From Spirochaetia bacterium (GTDB taxonomy: Bacteria > Spirochaetota > Spirochaetia > SZUA-6 > Bin103): a stretch of 64,000 bases of DNA. The notes under the pieces were generated by a model that was given only the letters and a program-made list of their open reading frames with translations, made no database searches and was not told the origin of the DNA. A program made the position numbers and the translations under genes. Position 1 is the stretch's first letter, and each line of letters begins with the position of its first letter. Below are positions 10,281-24,203 of the stretch, piece by piece. The DNA lies in NCBI GenBank assembly GCA_965203055.1, contig OZ241863.1:288001-352000 (forward strand). Direction: 5' to 3'.

Positions 10281-10999
10281 GTAGTCACGAAATGCCGCGG
10301 CTGGTCATACCGGTAGTGTAGCAGGCTGCCCCGGCAGGGTCCATGACTCACCGTGGCGCCCGCAGCGCCCTTCCAGTCGACGGGTGGCCCGTGGTCCTGC
10401 AGCGCATGCTTGCAGGATGGGTGCGTGCAGGTACTCCCCGTGCGGTATTGCGCGCCCGGACGCCGGCTCGCCGGCGAGCAGCGCCCGGCAACCCCGCCCT
10501 ATGACCTCGCCGCCGGCGACACCACCACCGACGTCGCCGCGGTAGCCGATGATCAGGGTCGGGCGTCGGGCTTCAGGCTTGATGCGCGCCGGTCCCGGTG
10601 GTTACTCTGTCGGGGATGAAGACCCGACTGCCCTTGCGCCGCATTGGCGCCCTCCTCGTTGGCTTGGCCATCGCCGCGCTGCTGTTGGCCTGCGATGAAG
10701 CCACCGGCAAGCCGGACGCGCCGGCGCAACCCGCCTCGCCGCCGGCGGCGGAACCGGCAACGCCGGCGCAAAGCAACACGTGCGTGCCGAACGTGGCGAT
10801 TCACCGCACGAACGTCGGAGGCGCCATCCAGGGAGCGATCAAGGACCTGGTTCTGTACTGGGGAGGAACCCGGTCGAACGTGGAATGCCTGCCGGAGGCG
10901 CAAGGGAGTCAGAGGCAGTTCAACCGTGTCGGCAACACGCAGGGAGGGACGGCGACCTACCGAGTGATACGGGTGCTACGACCTGCCGGCGCCCGGTAC

Positions 11000-12403
11000 G
11001 AGATATAACCGGAAGTTGTGGATGGGATGAAAAGAGCGCATCCTCCCAAGAACGATTCAACCACGAATCAGGAGGAGTACGCTCGTGGAGAACAATACCG
11101 GCAGGACCACCGAGGCTCAAGGTCCTCAAGGTCCTGGTGCCATTCTGGATGAGATCGTACGCGCCGGAGCGCGGCAGATGCTGGCTGCGGCGCTGGAGGC
11201 GGAAGTGGACGAGTTCCTGGCGCGGTACGCTGACCAGCGGGATCAGCACGGCCACCGGCTGGCGGTCCGCAACGGCCATCTGCCGAAGCGCTCGTTGGTC
11301 ACCGGGATCGGTCCGATCCCGATCCGGCAGCCGCGGGTCGATGACCGCCAGCTCGCCAAGCAGGGAGAGTCGAGGTTCAGCAGCGCGATCCTGCCGCGCT
11401 ACGCGAGACGGACGCCGAGTGTGGACAGCCTGATACCGACGCTGTACCTGAAGGGGGTATCGAGCGGGGACTTCTCGCAGGCGCTGGCGGCGATCCTGGG
11501 AGAGCAGGCCGCAGGGCTGAGCGCGACCAACGTGGTGCGGCTGAAGAAGGTGTGGGAAGCGGAGTACCAGGAGTGGACGCAGCGTGATCTGAGCGGCAAG
11601 AGGTACGTGTACTTCTGGGCCGACGGCCTGCACGTGAACGTGCGGCTGGACGAGGAGCGCAGTTGCATCCTGGTGATCATGGGCGCCGACGAGCAGGGGC
11701 GCAAGGAAGTGGTGGCGGTCAGCGACGGCTACCGGGAGAGCAAGACGGCGTGGTGTGAGCTGCTGTTGGACCTGCGGCGACGGGGGCTGACGAAGGGGCC
11801 GCGGCTGGCGACGGCGGACGGGGCGTTGGGGTTCTGGGCGGCGCTGCGGGAGGTGTATCCGGGAACGGAGGAACAGACCTGCTGGTTCCACAAGGCCGGC
11901 AACGTGCTGGACAAGATGCCGCAGTCGGTGCAGGGGCGGGCGAAGACGATGATCCGCGAGATGTGGCAAGCGCCGTCGTTGGAGCATGCCACCAGCGCCT
12001 ACCACCAGTTCTGCACGGCGTGGGAGGCGAAGTACCCGAAGGCGGTCGCCAGCCTGCGCAAGGATGAAGGCTCGCTGTTCAGCTTCTATGGGTTTCCGGC
12101 GGCGCACTGGACCCATCTGCGGACCAGCAACCCGATCGAGTCGACGTATGCGACGGTGCGGCTGCGGACGAAGCGGACGAAGGGCTGCGGGTCGCGGGCG
12201 GCGACGCTGACGATGGTCTGGAAGCTGGCGCTGGAAGCGCAACGGAGGTGGCGCCGGCTGATGGGCTTCAAACTCATACCCCTGGTGATGGAGGGGCGTG
12301 AATTCGTAGACGGCGAGCTGACGGAGGCAGCGGCTTAGAGAGACGACAGAACGATTGGAGATGCGCTCGCTGATTCTCAATCCACAAGACTTGACAATAT
12401 CTC
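11000..12403 (+). mobile_element. Complete IS256-family insertion sequence
   Basis: Ends GAGATAT...TTGTGGAT and ATCCACAA...ATATCTC; 9-bp duplication GCCCGGTAC at 10991-10999 and 12404-12412. Confidence 0.92.
11085..12338 (+). CDS. IS256-family transposase
   Basis: RNGH, YFWADG, LATADGALGF, QTCWFHK, RTSNPIES. Confidence 0.95.
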   Translation: MENNTGRTTEAQGPQGPGAILDEIVRAGARQMLAAALEAEVDEFLARYADQRDQHGHRLAVRNGHLPKRSLVTGIGPIPIRQPRVDDRQLAKQGESRFSSAILPRYARRTPSVDSLIPTLYLKGVSSGDFSQALAAILGEQAAGLSATNVVRLKKVWEAEYQEWTQRDLSGKRYVYFWADGLHVNVRLDEERSCILVIMGADEQGRKEVVAVSDGYRESKTAWCELLLDLRRRGLTKGPRLATADGALGFWAALREVYPGTEEQTCWFHKAGNVLDKMPQSVQGRAKTMIREMWQAPSLEHATSAYHQFCTAWEAKYPKAVASLRKDEGSLFSFYGFPAAHWTHLRTSNPIESTYATVRLRTKRTKGCGSRAATLTMVWKLALEAQRRWRRLMGFKLIPLVMEGREFVDGELTEAAA

Positions 12404-15400
12404 GCCCGGTACTACATGCTGAAGTATCTCGACGGCGAGCCGGTATGCATCATCGACGTAGCCGGCGCCTGCGACCGGATGTTGTCCGGGTTGGGCGATT
12501 ACGACGTGGAGACCCTGCCGGCCGAAGTACCGGCGCTCGATGGTTCACCGACGCCGCCGCCGGCGCCGGCGCCCGCACCGGCCCCGCCGCAGTCGACCGT
12601 TCCGCCGGAGGTCGTGACCGGCGGCACAACCTTCGTGGTAGGAACGCAGGCGACGTTGGGCTCCAAAGCTGCCTGGAACACGCGCGGCGCGATCGTCGCC
12701 ACCGACAGCGGCGCCCTCACGGTCGCTGCCACGAAGACCGACCCGAATGGTCACTTGGGGACGATCACGAGCGAAGGCGGAGTGCTCACGATCACGGGCG
12801 CCAAGTCGACCTGGGACGCGGCTACCAGCCGCCACAATCCGATCAGGATCGATTTCACCGCTACGAATGCGGGCGGATCGACGGCAAGTTCCTGGATCCA
12901 AGTTATGGTTGACGGAGCTCCCGAAAGGGCGCCGGTAGTCCTCCCGACGGAATTCACAAAGAGAGCCATAGGAGTCAGTGGTGTTCTCATCCGCGATCTG
13001 GCGTCCTACTACAGAGACCCGGAAGGGGAGTCTGTCTCCGTCGTCGACGTGAGTGCGAGCCCTTCGCAATTAGGTATAGCCAGCATCGGCAGTGAAGGAC
13101 ACTTGGTCTTGACGCCAAATAACCCAGGCGCCATGACCATTACGTACTACGTAACGAGTACGTCCAACCCGTCCGGCCATGCCGCGCAGTACGCGCGGGA
13201 TACCGTTACCGTCACCATTACGCCGTGACGGCCTGGAAGTACTTCGAAAAAGAACGCATGACGCCCAAGGTTCTCGAGCCGGATCTTGAACTTCTCCCCA
13301 AGAGTACGTACTCATCCAGGCGTGGAAGAAGACCGCGTCCTACATCCGGTACCACAACTGGTATTCTGATACCCTTGAACTCGATTGGACCACGATCAAT
13401 CTGCCCCATTTCCTGCGGGAAATCACAGAGTACCTCGAGTCGCCCGATCAGTGGGAGAGCCATGCGTTGCGGATGGTGCCGGCACCGAAGTCTCAGCGCT
13501 GGCATGTGTCGCCTCAATCACACAAATGGGAGCCAAAGCCGGGCCAAGGCGCTGACGTGACACCGCTACGTCCACTCGCTCACGTCAACCTGCGGGACCA
13601 AGTAGTAGCTACTGCGCTTATGCTATGTCTTGCCAATCGAGTCGAGACCAAGCAGGGCGATCCAACGTGTTCGGTCAGTAAATCAGAGTGTCGTAAAGGC
13701 GTGATTTCTTACGGCAATCGTCTATTTTGCGATACAGTAGGAGGAGAGTTACATCACCGTTGGGGTTCTACGAAGCTCTATCGTTCATATTTTCAAGATT
13801 ATCAAGCATTCGTAGCCCGACCTTCCCTTGTTGTGGAAGGTATAGAGCGGGAGACCGGGAAGCCATCTTTCGTTGTGAAGTCGGACCTGAGTCAATTCTA
13901 CGATCGGGTCAGACCTCATCATTTGATGAGGTCTCTCCAAGATCTAGCGCGAGATTCGCGGGAACATGAGTTCTTCAATTTTGCCAAAAGAGTCCTAGAT
14001 TGGTGACTCTCGAGATGTCCAATCATATGCACAACGGAATGAAATAAATGGTTTCGACAGAGTATCACTTCCCCAGGGTCTGGTTTCGGCAGGTTCTTCG
14101 CCAACTTGGTGCTTCTGGAGTTTGATGAACGCGTTCGTAACAGCATCGGTACCGAAATAGACACCGGCGTTATCCTTGAGGACGCTTGTCGATACGTTGA
14201 CGACATACAGATCGTCGTGACGGCCGATCATGGCGCTGACAAATGCAAGGCCGTGGTCATCAGTTGGCTTCGGGGTCTACTGAACACCAACGCATATCGC
14301 CTTCTACTCTCGGAATCGAAGACGACCATTGCGGAGTTCGGCGATTCCAAACAACCTATAGTACGACAAAGTCTCCAAATGAAGCGGATTCAGTCGGGTG
14401 TATCGGGTGGATTTGATGCTGTCGCGGGTTTGGAGATTATGGATGCAGTGCAAGGACTGATGCGCTTACAGGACGTTTTGCGCCATAAATCGATCGGCGG
14501 TAAGTGGGAATTCTCCCCTGTGCCGGATGTCAAGGGCGAGACCGTGTGGCGGTTCTCAGCCGGCCGTTTTCGTATCACCTACCGTTCTATTCGGCCTCTC
14601 TTGGAAGCATCTGGATCTGTCGACCAGACTAACGAGAGCAGTAGCAAAGTGGTTCAATTAGAAAGAACGGCCGATACTCAAAAAGTCCTTGACGAGAATG
14701 CACGGACATTCGCGCTTACCCTGATTGACCGATGGGTTGAAGATCCATCGAATGTTCGATTGCTTCGAATCGGATTCGATATTTGCCCAGACGTAAAGGT
14801 TCTACGCTCAGTTCTTGAACTTCTCAGGCCGCTTACGGAGAAGGGAGGCCGTCGCGGGGGACCGCGGCGGGTCGCCTGGTATTGTCTTGCCGAGATACTA
14901 CGAGCAGGTGCGACGGAGACTGGACTTGTGGAAGACGATGAGTGCCTGCCAACGGACCTGGACCTTTGTCAATATCGTGTCGCACTCCGCGACGAGGCGG
15001 TGAGACTTATCCAGCTTCCGGCGGCGACCATACCGTGGTATCTTCGGCAGCAGGCTTTACTTTTCCTCGCGGTATTTGATGCCAAGTCAGCGCCTATTGT
15101 TCGTGTGGGTCGAAGTACGGAGACGAGGCATTACCGCCAAGCGATACTGTTTTTACGAGAAGATGCACCATCGATGACGACGGACGACTTCGTTATTCTT
15201 GCGATTCTGTCCCGGCGCACACTGACTCATGTAGAGAGGTCGGTCGAATTGGTGTTGCGTGGTCTGACGCGGATACGGAAGGAGGGTATAGCTATAAGGG
15301 ATCCTGCGTTCGTACGCGAGCTCGGGGAGACTGGCAGTCACTTCTTCGACGATCTGTCCGCTCGCGTCCGGGAAGACATATGCGTCTCTGAAAGGGATAT

Positions 15401-17079
15401 GGAACATGATTATCGGAGTCTTGCGAATATCGTATTGACCAAAGGGCCTGCTAATCCGCTCCGGAATGAGCTATCGATTCTGCGCTTCGCGGATGCGCTG
15501 CTGGAGGAACTTAAGGCGCTGTCGTGTTTCGTGATTACTCCAGGACAGGTGTGTTTGAAGCTGGACAATGGCAGCGACATTGCCGACATTGAGGACCTTA
15601 AAGTCTTGGCGAGTCGCGCGGCGTCGCGAGGTTCTCTGTATCTGCCGCCTGATTGGTGCGAGGTGCACGACCGTTGGCGATTTCAACTTGGATTTCTCCT
15701 GCGGTTCATCCTCACCGGAAAACCGGATTTTACAAGCATTGTACGGCCGAAATACTGGAAGGAGAGGATTGCGGCATATCGGCCGGCAAAGAGCCACTGG
15801 TATCAGCGAATTTACGGCATGTTCAGCGGCCATCAGGCATTCGGAGATGACTGGCTGCCGATCACCGGCTGGATGGAGCAGTTTCTGTTGGCGTTGCTGC
15901 GTTGGCCCGGCTGCCATAATCCCAAGGGATTCGAATGGGTAGATAATGGCGTTGCCGCCGCGCAGAAGAACGTCCGTATACGTATCAAGTTGCTTCAGGA
16001 GAAGGTGGGAAGTGCGACCGGAACTCTTCTGCTTCCCATGATCATTGGGAGGCCTACAACAGACGTTTCTGTTCGGACGTTGCGTGCGTGCGTCGTGCAG
16101 ACGGTCGTTCCAACGACAGATGATATCGATCCGTCGGATCTCAAGCTCAACAAACCAGGCATTCGTAGGAAGCACCGCAACCACTTGTCGGCCGCGCTTG
16201 CTGCCGTCAATCGGATGCTCTATCTACGTAGGACCCACATGCAGGACGACGGCCTCCTGGACTGGTTGATCCTGCCAGAACTGGCTGTTCACCCGAGCGA
16301 TGTTGCTACTCGTCTGGTTCCTTTTGCGCGCGCCCACAAGGCGTTGATTCTGACAGGATTGACCTACGAAGATCTGTTTCCGGGCAGGCCGCTGGTCAAT
16401 TCCGCCTTGTGGATCATCCCTGAGAGGTCAACTTATGGGCTTCAGATCCGAGTTAGACGCCAAGGCAAGGCGCATATTGCCCCTAGCGAGCAGCATTTCA
16501 ATGTGGGCGGCTTTCGACCCTGCCAGTGGCTGATCGGATTTCCGTGGTCTGAGTGTTCCGAGCCGATGTGGCTGACAGCATCGGTCTGCTACGACGCGAC
16601 GGACCTGGGGTTGGCCGCCGATCTCCGAAAGGAGTCTGATGTTTTTGTGATTCCAGCCCTCAACAAGGACGTCAAAACCTTCGATCAGATGGCACTGGCG
16701 CTGCATTATCACATGTTCCAGCTCGTTGTGGTCGTGAACAATGGTAAGTACGGAGGAAGCAATGCGTACTGGCCGAGCGATGACGCACATAAGAGGCAGA
16801 TTTTCCACTTGCACGGACAGCCGCAGGCGTCCATCGGCTTTTTTGAGATTGACTGTTCAGCGACAATCAAGATGAGAATGCAGCGACAATCAAGATGAGA
16901 ACGCGCGAGTAGGGCGGCGGCCTCCGACAGAGGAGGATCGGAGGGGCCGCCGGTGGCGGCGGGAGGGCGTAGCCCGACCGTAGCCGCCGGCGCGTGGGCG
17001 GCGCTCCGCGTGGGGGCTTCGCAGTCGGTGATCGTGGCCGGCCCGGCGTTGATAGGGTGCTCCGAGATTTCACCCGTAA

Positions 17080-19514
<2,435 letters not shown>

Positions 19515-19517
19515 CCG

Positions 19518-19805
19518 ATGGCGTTGACCAACGCAGCACGCCAGCGCCGCTATCGCGCGCGCCGCAAGGCCGAGGCCCGCCAAGTACAGTACCGCAAGCC
19601 GCACGACCGCCGGTCGCGCCCGCAACGCTGGCAGGATGCGGTGCGCACGCTGCGCGACCTCCAGGGCGAGTACCAGGCTTGGCTCGACAACCTGCCCGAC
19701 CCGCTCCGCGAATCCGCGCTCGGCGCCAAGCTGGAGGCGATCTGCGAGCTTGATCTGGCTGACCTGGAGAGCATCGAGCCGCCGCTCGGCTACGGCCGCG
19801 ACTGA
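19518..19805 (+). CDS. Small IS21 passenger protein (basic N-terminus)
   Basis: 95-aa ORF, MALTNAARQRRYRARRK..., inside the IS ends. Confidence 0.7.
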   Translation: MALTNAARQRRYRARRKAEARQVQYRKPHDRRSRPQRWQDAVRTLRDLQGEYQAWLDNLPDPLRESALGAKLEAICELDLADLESIEPPLGYGRD

Positions 19806-20475
19806 CGGAACCGCCTGCGGCGAGCAGCGCAGCAGCAGCCGGTCAGCGGCCGTTACGTAACGCTGCTCAATAGCCGATGGGTGCGCACGCTGCGCGACCT
19901 CCGGGACGAGTACCAAGCTTCGCTCGACCACCTGCCCGACTCCCTCCGCTGGTCCGCGCTCGCTGCCAGCCGGGAGGCGATCTGCGAATGGCGCCGGCGA
20001 CCGCCCGCCGGGAGTTGCTCCCGCGCTACCGTCCCGCCGCCACCAGCCGTTCGCAAGCGCCATCACGCCCTCCCGACCGGCGCCGATCTGACCGCTCTAA
20101 CGGGACCTCGACGGCGCCTCCTGCGCCGCCGCTTCTCGTGCTTGCCAACCCACGCCCGCTTGTGCCATCGTCCCGGCCGTTGCGACACCGATTTTTCTCA
20201 TCTTGATTGTCGCTCGGTTCTCATCCTGATTGTCGCGCTACAGATTGACGACATATCGAGGTTCCTGAAGCGCGGACTGCGCACTCGGCGGGGATGGAAG
20301 TATCCGCCGGCGGGGCGGAGGGGCGTGTAAGCTACCCCGCGATGGAGTGGTGAGACGCCCTCGGCGCTCCTGATAAAGCCCGGTTGGCCGGAGCGGCTTG
20401 GCCGGGTAGCCTAGCAAGGTCCGGCGGCGCGCTGCGGTGGCGGGGCCGGAGGGTGCCTGCTATGGTGGGCGCCCG

Positions 20476-21921
20476 ATGCAAGTGGAACGTGCGTTGTTGT
20501 TCTTCGACGACCAGTACCTGGACCGGCGCGAGAATCTCGCCCGGCGCCTCGGCCAGCCGACCCCGGTACCGGAAGGCAGCTACCGCGACCCCGACCTGGA
20601 CCCTTCCTGGGGCTATCCGAGTGTGTTCCGGGATGCCGAGTCGGGGCGCTGGCGGTGTCTCTATCAGGCGCAGCTCCCGCGCCGTTACGTGCGCGCCGGG
20701 GAGCGCCTGCGCCACCTGGCGCTGCTGGTGGAGAGCGCGGACGGCGTGCGGTGGCGGCCTCCCGATCTGACCGCCGCGGTCCCGCTGGAAGAGCGCCTGC
20801 GCCCGCATCAGGTATTGCCGCTGGCCGGCTTCGGCGAGTGGGGACCCTGCTTCTACGACGCCCGCGCCGAGAACCTGGCGGAGCGCTTGAAGGCATTCGT
20901 CAGCTACCGCGGCGGCACCGGCACCCATGCGCCGCTGTACGTATCCGCCGACGGCCGCGCCTGGCGCCGCCTGGCGGACCGGAGCTGGCACCCGACCGGC
21001 ATCGACCCGGCGGTGTCCGGCTTCTGGAACCCGGTGCGCGCCAGCTACCTGATCGCCGCCCGCCCGAGCTGGGGCGACCGCCGGATCGCGGTCTACGAGA
21101 CCCGCGACTGGCGCACCTTCTCGGCGCCGGAGGTAGCGGTGGGGCCGGACGCAACCGATTCGCCGGCGGCCCAGGTGTACGGCATGCCGGTGTTTCCCTA
21201 CGCTCACCTGTTCATCGGGCTGCTGTGGATCTACCACACCAGCCCGGTCGTCGGAGGCGGCAAGTTCATCCACGGCAAGGTAGATTGCCGGCTCGCCTAC
21301 AGCTACAACGGGCGGCACTTCCAGCGCTGCCTGCGGCAGCCGTTCCTGCCCTGCGCCGCGCCCGGCGAGCCGGGCTACGGCGCCATCTACCCCTCCAGCC
21401 TGGTGGTGACCGGCGGCCGGGCCGGCGAGCAGGTGATCCGCATCTATTCCAGCGCCTCGCAGGGCGAACACGCGCAGGTGCTGGCGGACCCGCAACGCGG
21501 CGAGGGCAGCCTGCTGTTGCATGAGCTGCGGCTGGACGGCTTCGTCTACCTGGAGCCGGGCGGCGGCCCCGGCTCGCTGACCACCCGCCCGCTCTACCTG
21601 CGCGGCGGCCGCCTGGCGGTCAACGCGCAGGCGCCTCACGGCCGCCTCCGGCTGCAGGTCACCGACAGCCAGTGCCGGCCGCTGGCCGGTTACGGCTACG
21701 CCGATTGCGCCGGCTTCACCGGCGACGCCTGCGGCTGGGAGCCGGTGTGGCGCGGCGGCCGCACCATCGGCGCGCTGGCGGGGCAGGTCATTCGGCTGGA
21801 GGCGGAGCTGTTCAATGGTCGCCTGTATGCCCTGCGCGGCGACCTGCTGCCGGCGACTCCGAGCGGCGTCCGCGCCTGGACGGAGACCGGGGCGGCCCCC
21901 ACGCCGTTGCTGGAGGCCTGA
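20476..21921 (+). CDS. Hypothetical protein, putative five-bladed beta-propeller glycoside hydrolase-like
   Basis: LLFFDD, YPSVFRD, ESADGVRW, QVYGMPVFPY, LRLDGFVYL; host-like codon usage. Confidence 0.65.
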   Translation: MQVERALLFFDDQYLDRRENLARRLGQPTPVPEGSYRDPDLDPSWGYPSVFRDAESGRWRCLYQAQLPRRYVRAGERLRHLALLVESADGVRWRPPDLTAAVPLEERLRPHQVLPLAGFGEWGPCFYDARAENLAERLKAFVSYRGGTGTHAPLYVSADGRAWRRLADRSWHPTGIDPAVSGFWNPVRASYLIAARPSWGDRRIAVYETRDWRTFSAPEVAVGPDATDSPAAQVYGMPVFPYAHLFIGLLWIYHTSPVVGGGKFIHGKVDCRLAYSYNGRHFQRCLRQPFLPCAAPGEPGYGAIYPSSLVVTGGRAGEQVIRIYSSASQGEHAQVLADPQRGEGSLLLHELRLDGFVYLEPGGGPGSLTTRPLYLRGGRLAVNAQAPHGRLRLQVTDSQCRPLAGYGYADCAGFTGDACGWEPVWRGGRTIGALAGQVIRLEAELFNGRLYALRGDLLPATPSGVRAWTETGAAPTPLLEA

Positions 21922-21924
21922 CCT

Positions 21925-23040
21925 TCAGGCCGGCGGCACCTCCACGCCGCGCAGGTCCAGGTCGGCGGCGAAGTGGCAGGCGACCCACTGCCGGTCGCCG
22001 GCTTGGGTGAGTTCGGGCGTCTCGGTGCTGCAGCGCCGGCGGCGGCCCGGCTCCGCGGCGTAGGGGCAGCGGGTATGGAACCGGCAGCCGGCGGGCGGGT
22101 GGGCCGGCGACGGCACCCCGCCCTCCAGGATGATGCGCTTGCGCTGCACGTCGGGGTCCGGCACCTGCACCGCCGACAACAACGCCTCGGTATAGGGGTG
22201 TTGCGGGGCGCGGTACATCTCCTCGCTAGGCGCCAGTTCCACCAGCCGGCCCAGGTACATCACCGCCACCCAGTCGCTGATGTGCTCCACCACCGACAGA
22301 TCGTGAGCGATGAACACGTAAGTCAGACCCAGCTCCCCTTGCAGGTCTTCGAGCAGGTTGAGCACCTGCCCCTGGATCGACACGTCCAGCGCCGATACCG
22401 GTTCATCGGCGATCACCAGCTTCGGCTGCAGGGCCAGGGCGCGCGCGATGCCGATGCGCTGCCGCTGCCCTGCCGAGAACTGATGCGGGTAGCGGCCGCG
22501 CTGCTCGGAGCGCAGCCCCACCTGCCCCAGCAGGGTGACGACGCGCTCCTCCAGTTCGGCGCGCGATCCGCCGGTGGCGTGGATCAGAAACGGCTCGCTC
22601 AGGATCTGCTGCACCGTCATACGCGGGTTGAGCGACGAGTTGGGATCCTGGAAGATCATCTGCACCTCGCGGCGCACCCGCTTCAGCCGCTCCCGGTCCA
22701 GCGCCGCCAGATCCACCACCGCGCCGGACGCCGCGCGCGGGCTGCTGCCGCCGGCGGCTTCCTCCCTGGCCTCCAGGCGCGCGCTGCGAAACAGCACCTG
22801 GCCGGCGGTGGGCTCCTCCAGCCGCAGGATGGTGCGCCCCACGGTGGTCTTGCCGCAGCCGCTCTCCCCCACCAGCCCGAGCGTCTCCCCCTCGCGCACG
22901 ACGAAGGAGACGTCATCGACCGCCTTCACCTCGCCCACCTTGCGCCGCAGGATGCCGCCCTCCACCGGGAAGTATTTCTTGAGGCGCTTGACTTCGAGCA
23001 GCGGGGAGGCCGAGGGCATCACCGGGGCGGCGGAGGGCAT
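21925..23040 (-). CDS. Peptide/oligosaccharide ABC transporter ATPase (OppF-like)
   Basis: [42 protein letters not shown]. Confidence 0.93.
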   Translation of the reverse strand: MPSAAPVMPSASPLLEVKRLKKYFPVEGGILRRKVGEVKAVDDVSFVVREGETLGLVGESGCGKTTVGRTILRLEEPTAGQVLFRSARLEAREEAAGGSSPRAASGAVVDLAALDRERLKRVRREVQMIFQDPNSSLNPRMTVQQILSEPFLIHATGGSRAELEERVVTLLGQVGLRSEQRGRYPHQFSAGQRQRIGIARALALQPKLVIADEPVSALDVSIQGQVLNLLEDLQGELGLTYVFIAHDLSVVEHISDWVAVMYLGRLVELAPSEEMYRAPQHPYTEALLSAVQVPDPDVQRKRIILEGGVPSPAHPPAGCRFHTRCPYAAEPGRRRRCSTETPELTQAGDRQWVACHFAADLDLRGVEVPPA

Positions 23041-24126
23041 TTACCGGTCCGCCGGGGCGCTCAACCAGCAGCGCGACAGATGGTTCGCCGCCGGCGCGAA
23101 CAGCGGCGGCTCGCCGGCGCACCGGTCGAAGCGCTGCGGGCAGCGGTCGGCGAAGCGGCAGCCGGGCGGCGTGGCGCGCGGATCGGGCACCAATCCGGCG
23201 ATCGGCTGCAGGCGGCGCCGCACCTGCGCCCCAAGGACGGGAATGGAACGCAGCAGCCCCTGGGTATAGGGGTGCCGCGTCTGCTTGAACACCGGGCGCG
23301 TCGAGCCGTACTCCACCACCCGCCCCAGATACATCACCGCCACCTCGTCGGCCATCCCCACGACCACGCCCAGATCGTGAGTGATCATGACGATGGCGAT
23401 GCCGAACTGACCCTGCAGGCGCTGCATCAGCTCCAGGATCTGCGCCTGGATGGTGACGTCCAGGGCCGTGGTCGGCTCGTCCGCGATCAACAGCGACGGG
23501 TTGCACGACAGCGCCATGGCGATCATCGCCCGCTGGCGCATACCGCCCGAAAGCTGATGCGGATATTCCCCGGCGCGCCGCTCGGGGTCGGCGATGCCCA
23601 CTTGGCGCAGCATCTCCACCGCGCGCGCGTGCGCCTCCGCCGGCGGCCGCTCCTGGTGGAGCTGGATTGCCTCCGTGATCTGATTGCCGATGGTATAGAC
23701 CGGATTGAGGCTGGTCATCGGCTCCTGGAAGATCATCGCAATCTCGCCGCCGCGGATGCGCCGATAGTCGCGGCTGCGCGGGTCCAACCGGGCGAGGTCC
23801 ACTTCGGCGCCGTCCTTGCGGCGAAACAGCAGCCGCCCGCTGAGGGCGGTGGTCGCGGCCGGCACCAGTCCCATGATGCTCAGCGCGGTCACGGTCTTGC
23901 CGCAGCCGCTCTCGCCCACCAAGCCCAGGGTGCGGTTGCGGCCAATCGCAAAGTCGACCCCATCCACCGCGCGCACTACCCCGCGGTCAGTGTGGAACCA
24001 AGCCTTGAGTTCGCGTACTTCCAGCAGCGGCGGCTGCCGGTCCGGCGGCGCCGCGCCGCCGGCAGGGGTGGGTTGGGGGTCTCCGGCCAGGGCCGCGCGG
24101 CCTTGGCCGGCGTCCGGAACCGTCAT
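23041..24126 (-). CDS. Peptide/oligosaccharide ABC transporter ATPase (OppD-like)
   Basis: [34 protein letters not shown]. Confidence 0.93.
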   Translation of the reverse strand: MTVPDAGQGRAALAGDPQPTPAGGAAPPDRQPPLLEVRELKAWFHTDRGVVRAVDGVDFAIGRNRTLGLVGESGCGKTVTALSIMGLVPAATTALSGRLLFRRKDGAEVDLARLDPRSRDYRRIRGGEIAMIFQEPMTSLNPVYTIGNQITEAIQLHQERPPAEAHARAVEMLRQVGIADPERRAGEYPHQLSGGMRQRAMIAMALSCNPSLLIADEPTTALDVTIQAQILELMQRLQGQFGIAIVMITHDLGVVVGMADEVAVMYLGRVVEYGSTRPVFKQTRHPYTQGLLRSIPVLGAQVRRRLQPIAGLVPDPRATPPGCRFADRCPQRFDRCAGEPPLFAPAANHLSRCWLSAPADR

Positions 24127-24130
24127 GAAG

Positions 24131-24203
24131 CTCCCCCGGACAGACTCGAACTGCCGACACGGTGGTTAACAGCCACCCGCTCTACCAACTGAGCTACAGG
24201 GGA
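24131..24203 (-). tRNA. tRNA-Asn(GTT), CCA not encoded
   Basis: TCCCCTGTAGCTCAGTTGGTAGAGCGGGTGGCTGTTAACCACCGTGTCGGCAGTTCGAGTCTGTCCGGGGGAG folds as a cloverleaf. Confidence 0.96.

Larger units (their letters stand above)
9041..10530 (+). repeat. 22-bp direct repeat GCCGCCGGCGACACCACCACCG at 9041-9062 and 10509-10530
   Basis: Identical copies; the first encodes AAGDTTT at the 3' end of the RM gene. Confidence 0.85.
10616..13228 (+). pseudogene. Lipoprotein with Pro-rich linkers and beta-rich (Ig/cadherin-like) C-terminus, split by IS256
   Basis: Lipobox LLAC; removing the IS and one target copy gives in-frame ...RPAGARY-YMLKYLDGEP... (about 400 aa). Confidence 0.8.

Noticed and set aside
13258..16853. 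Group II intron, retron or DGR interpretation of the RT
   Set aside because: No maturase domain, msr/msd region or template/variable repeat pair was seen; the C-terminal domain is a nitrilase.
16854..16901. Tandem GCGACAATCAAGATGAGAA repeats as CRISPR or iterons
   Set aside because: They are mirrored at the other end of the element (about 20196-20242) and are the normal multiple terminal repeats of an IS21.
20331..20410. Hammerhead ribozyme
   Set aside because: CTGATAA does not match CUGANGA, and no GAAA follows the second stem.
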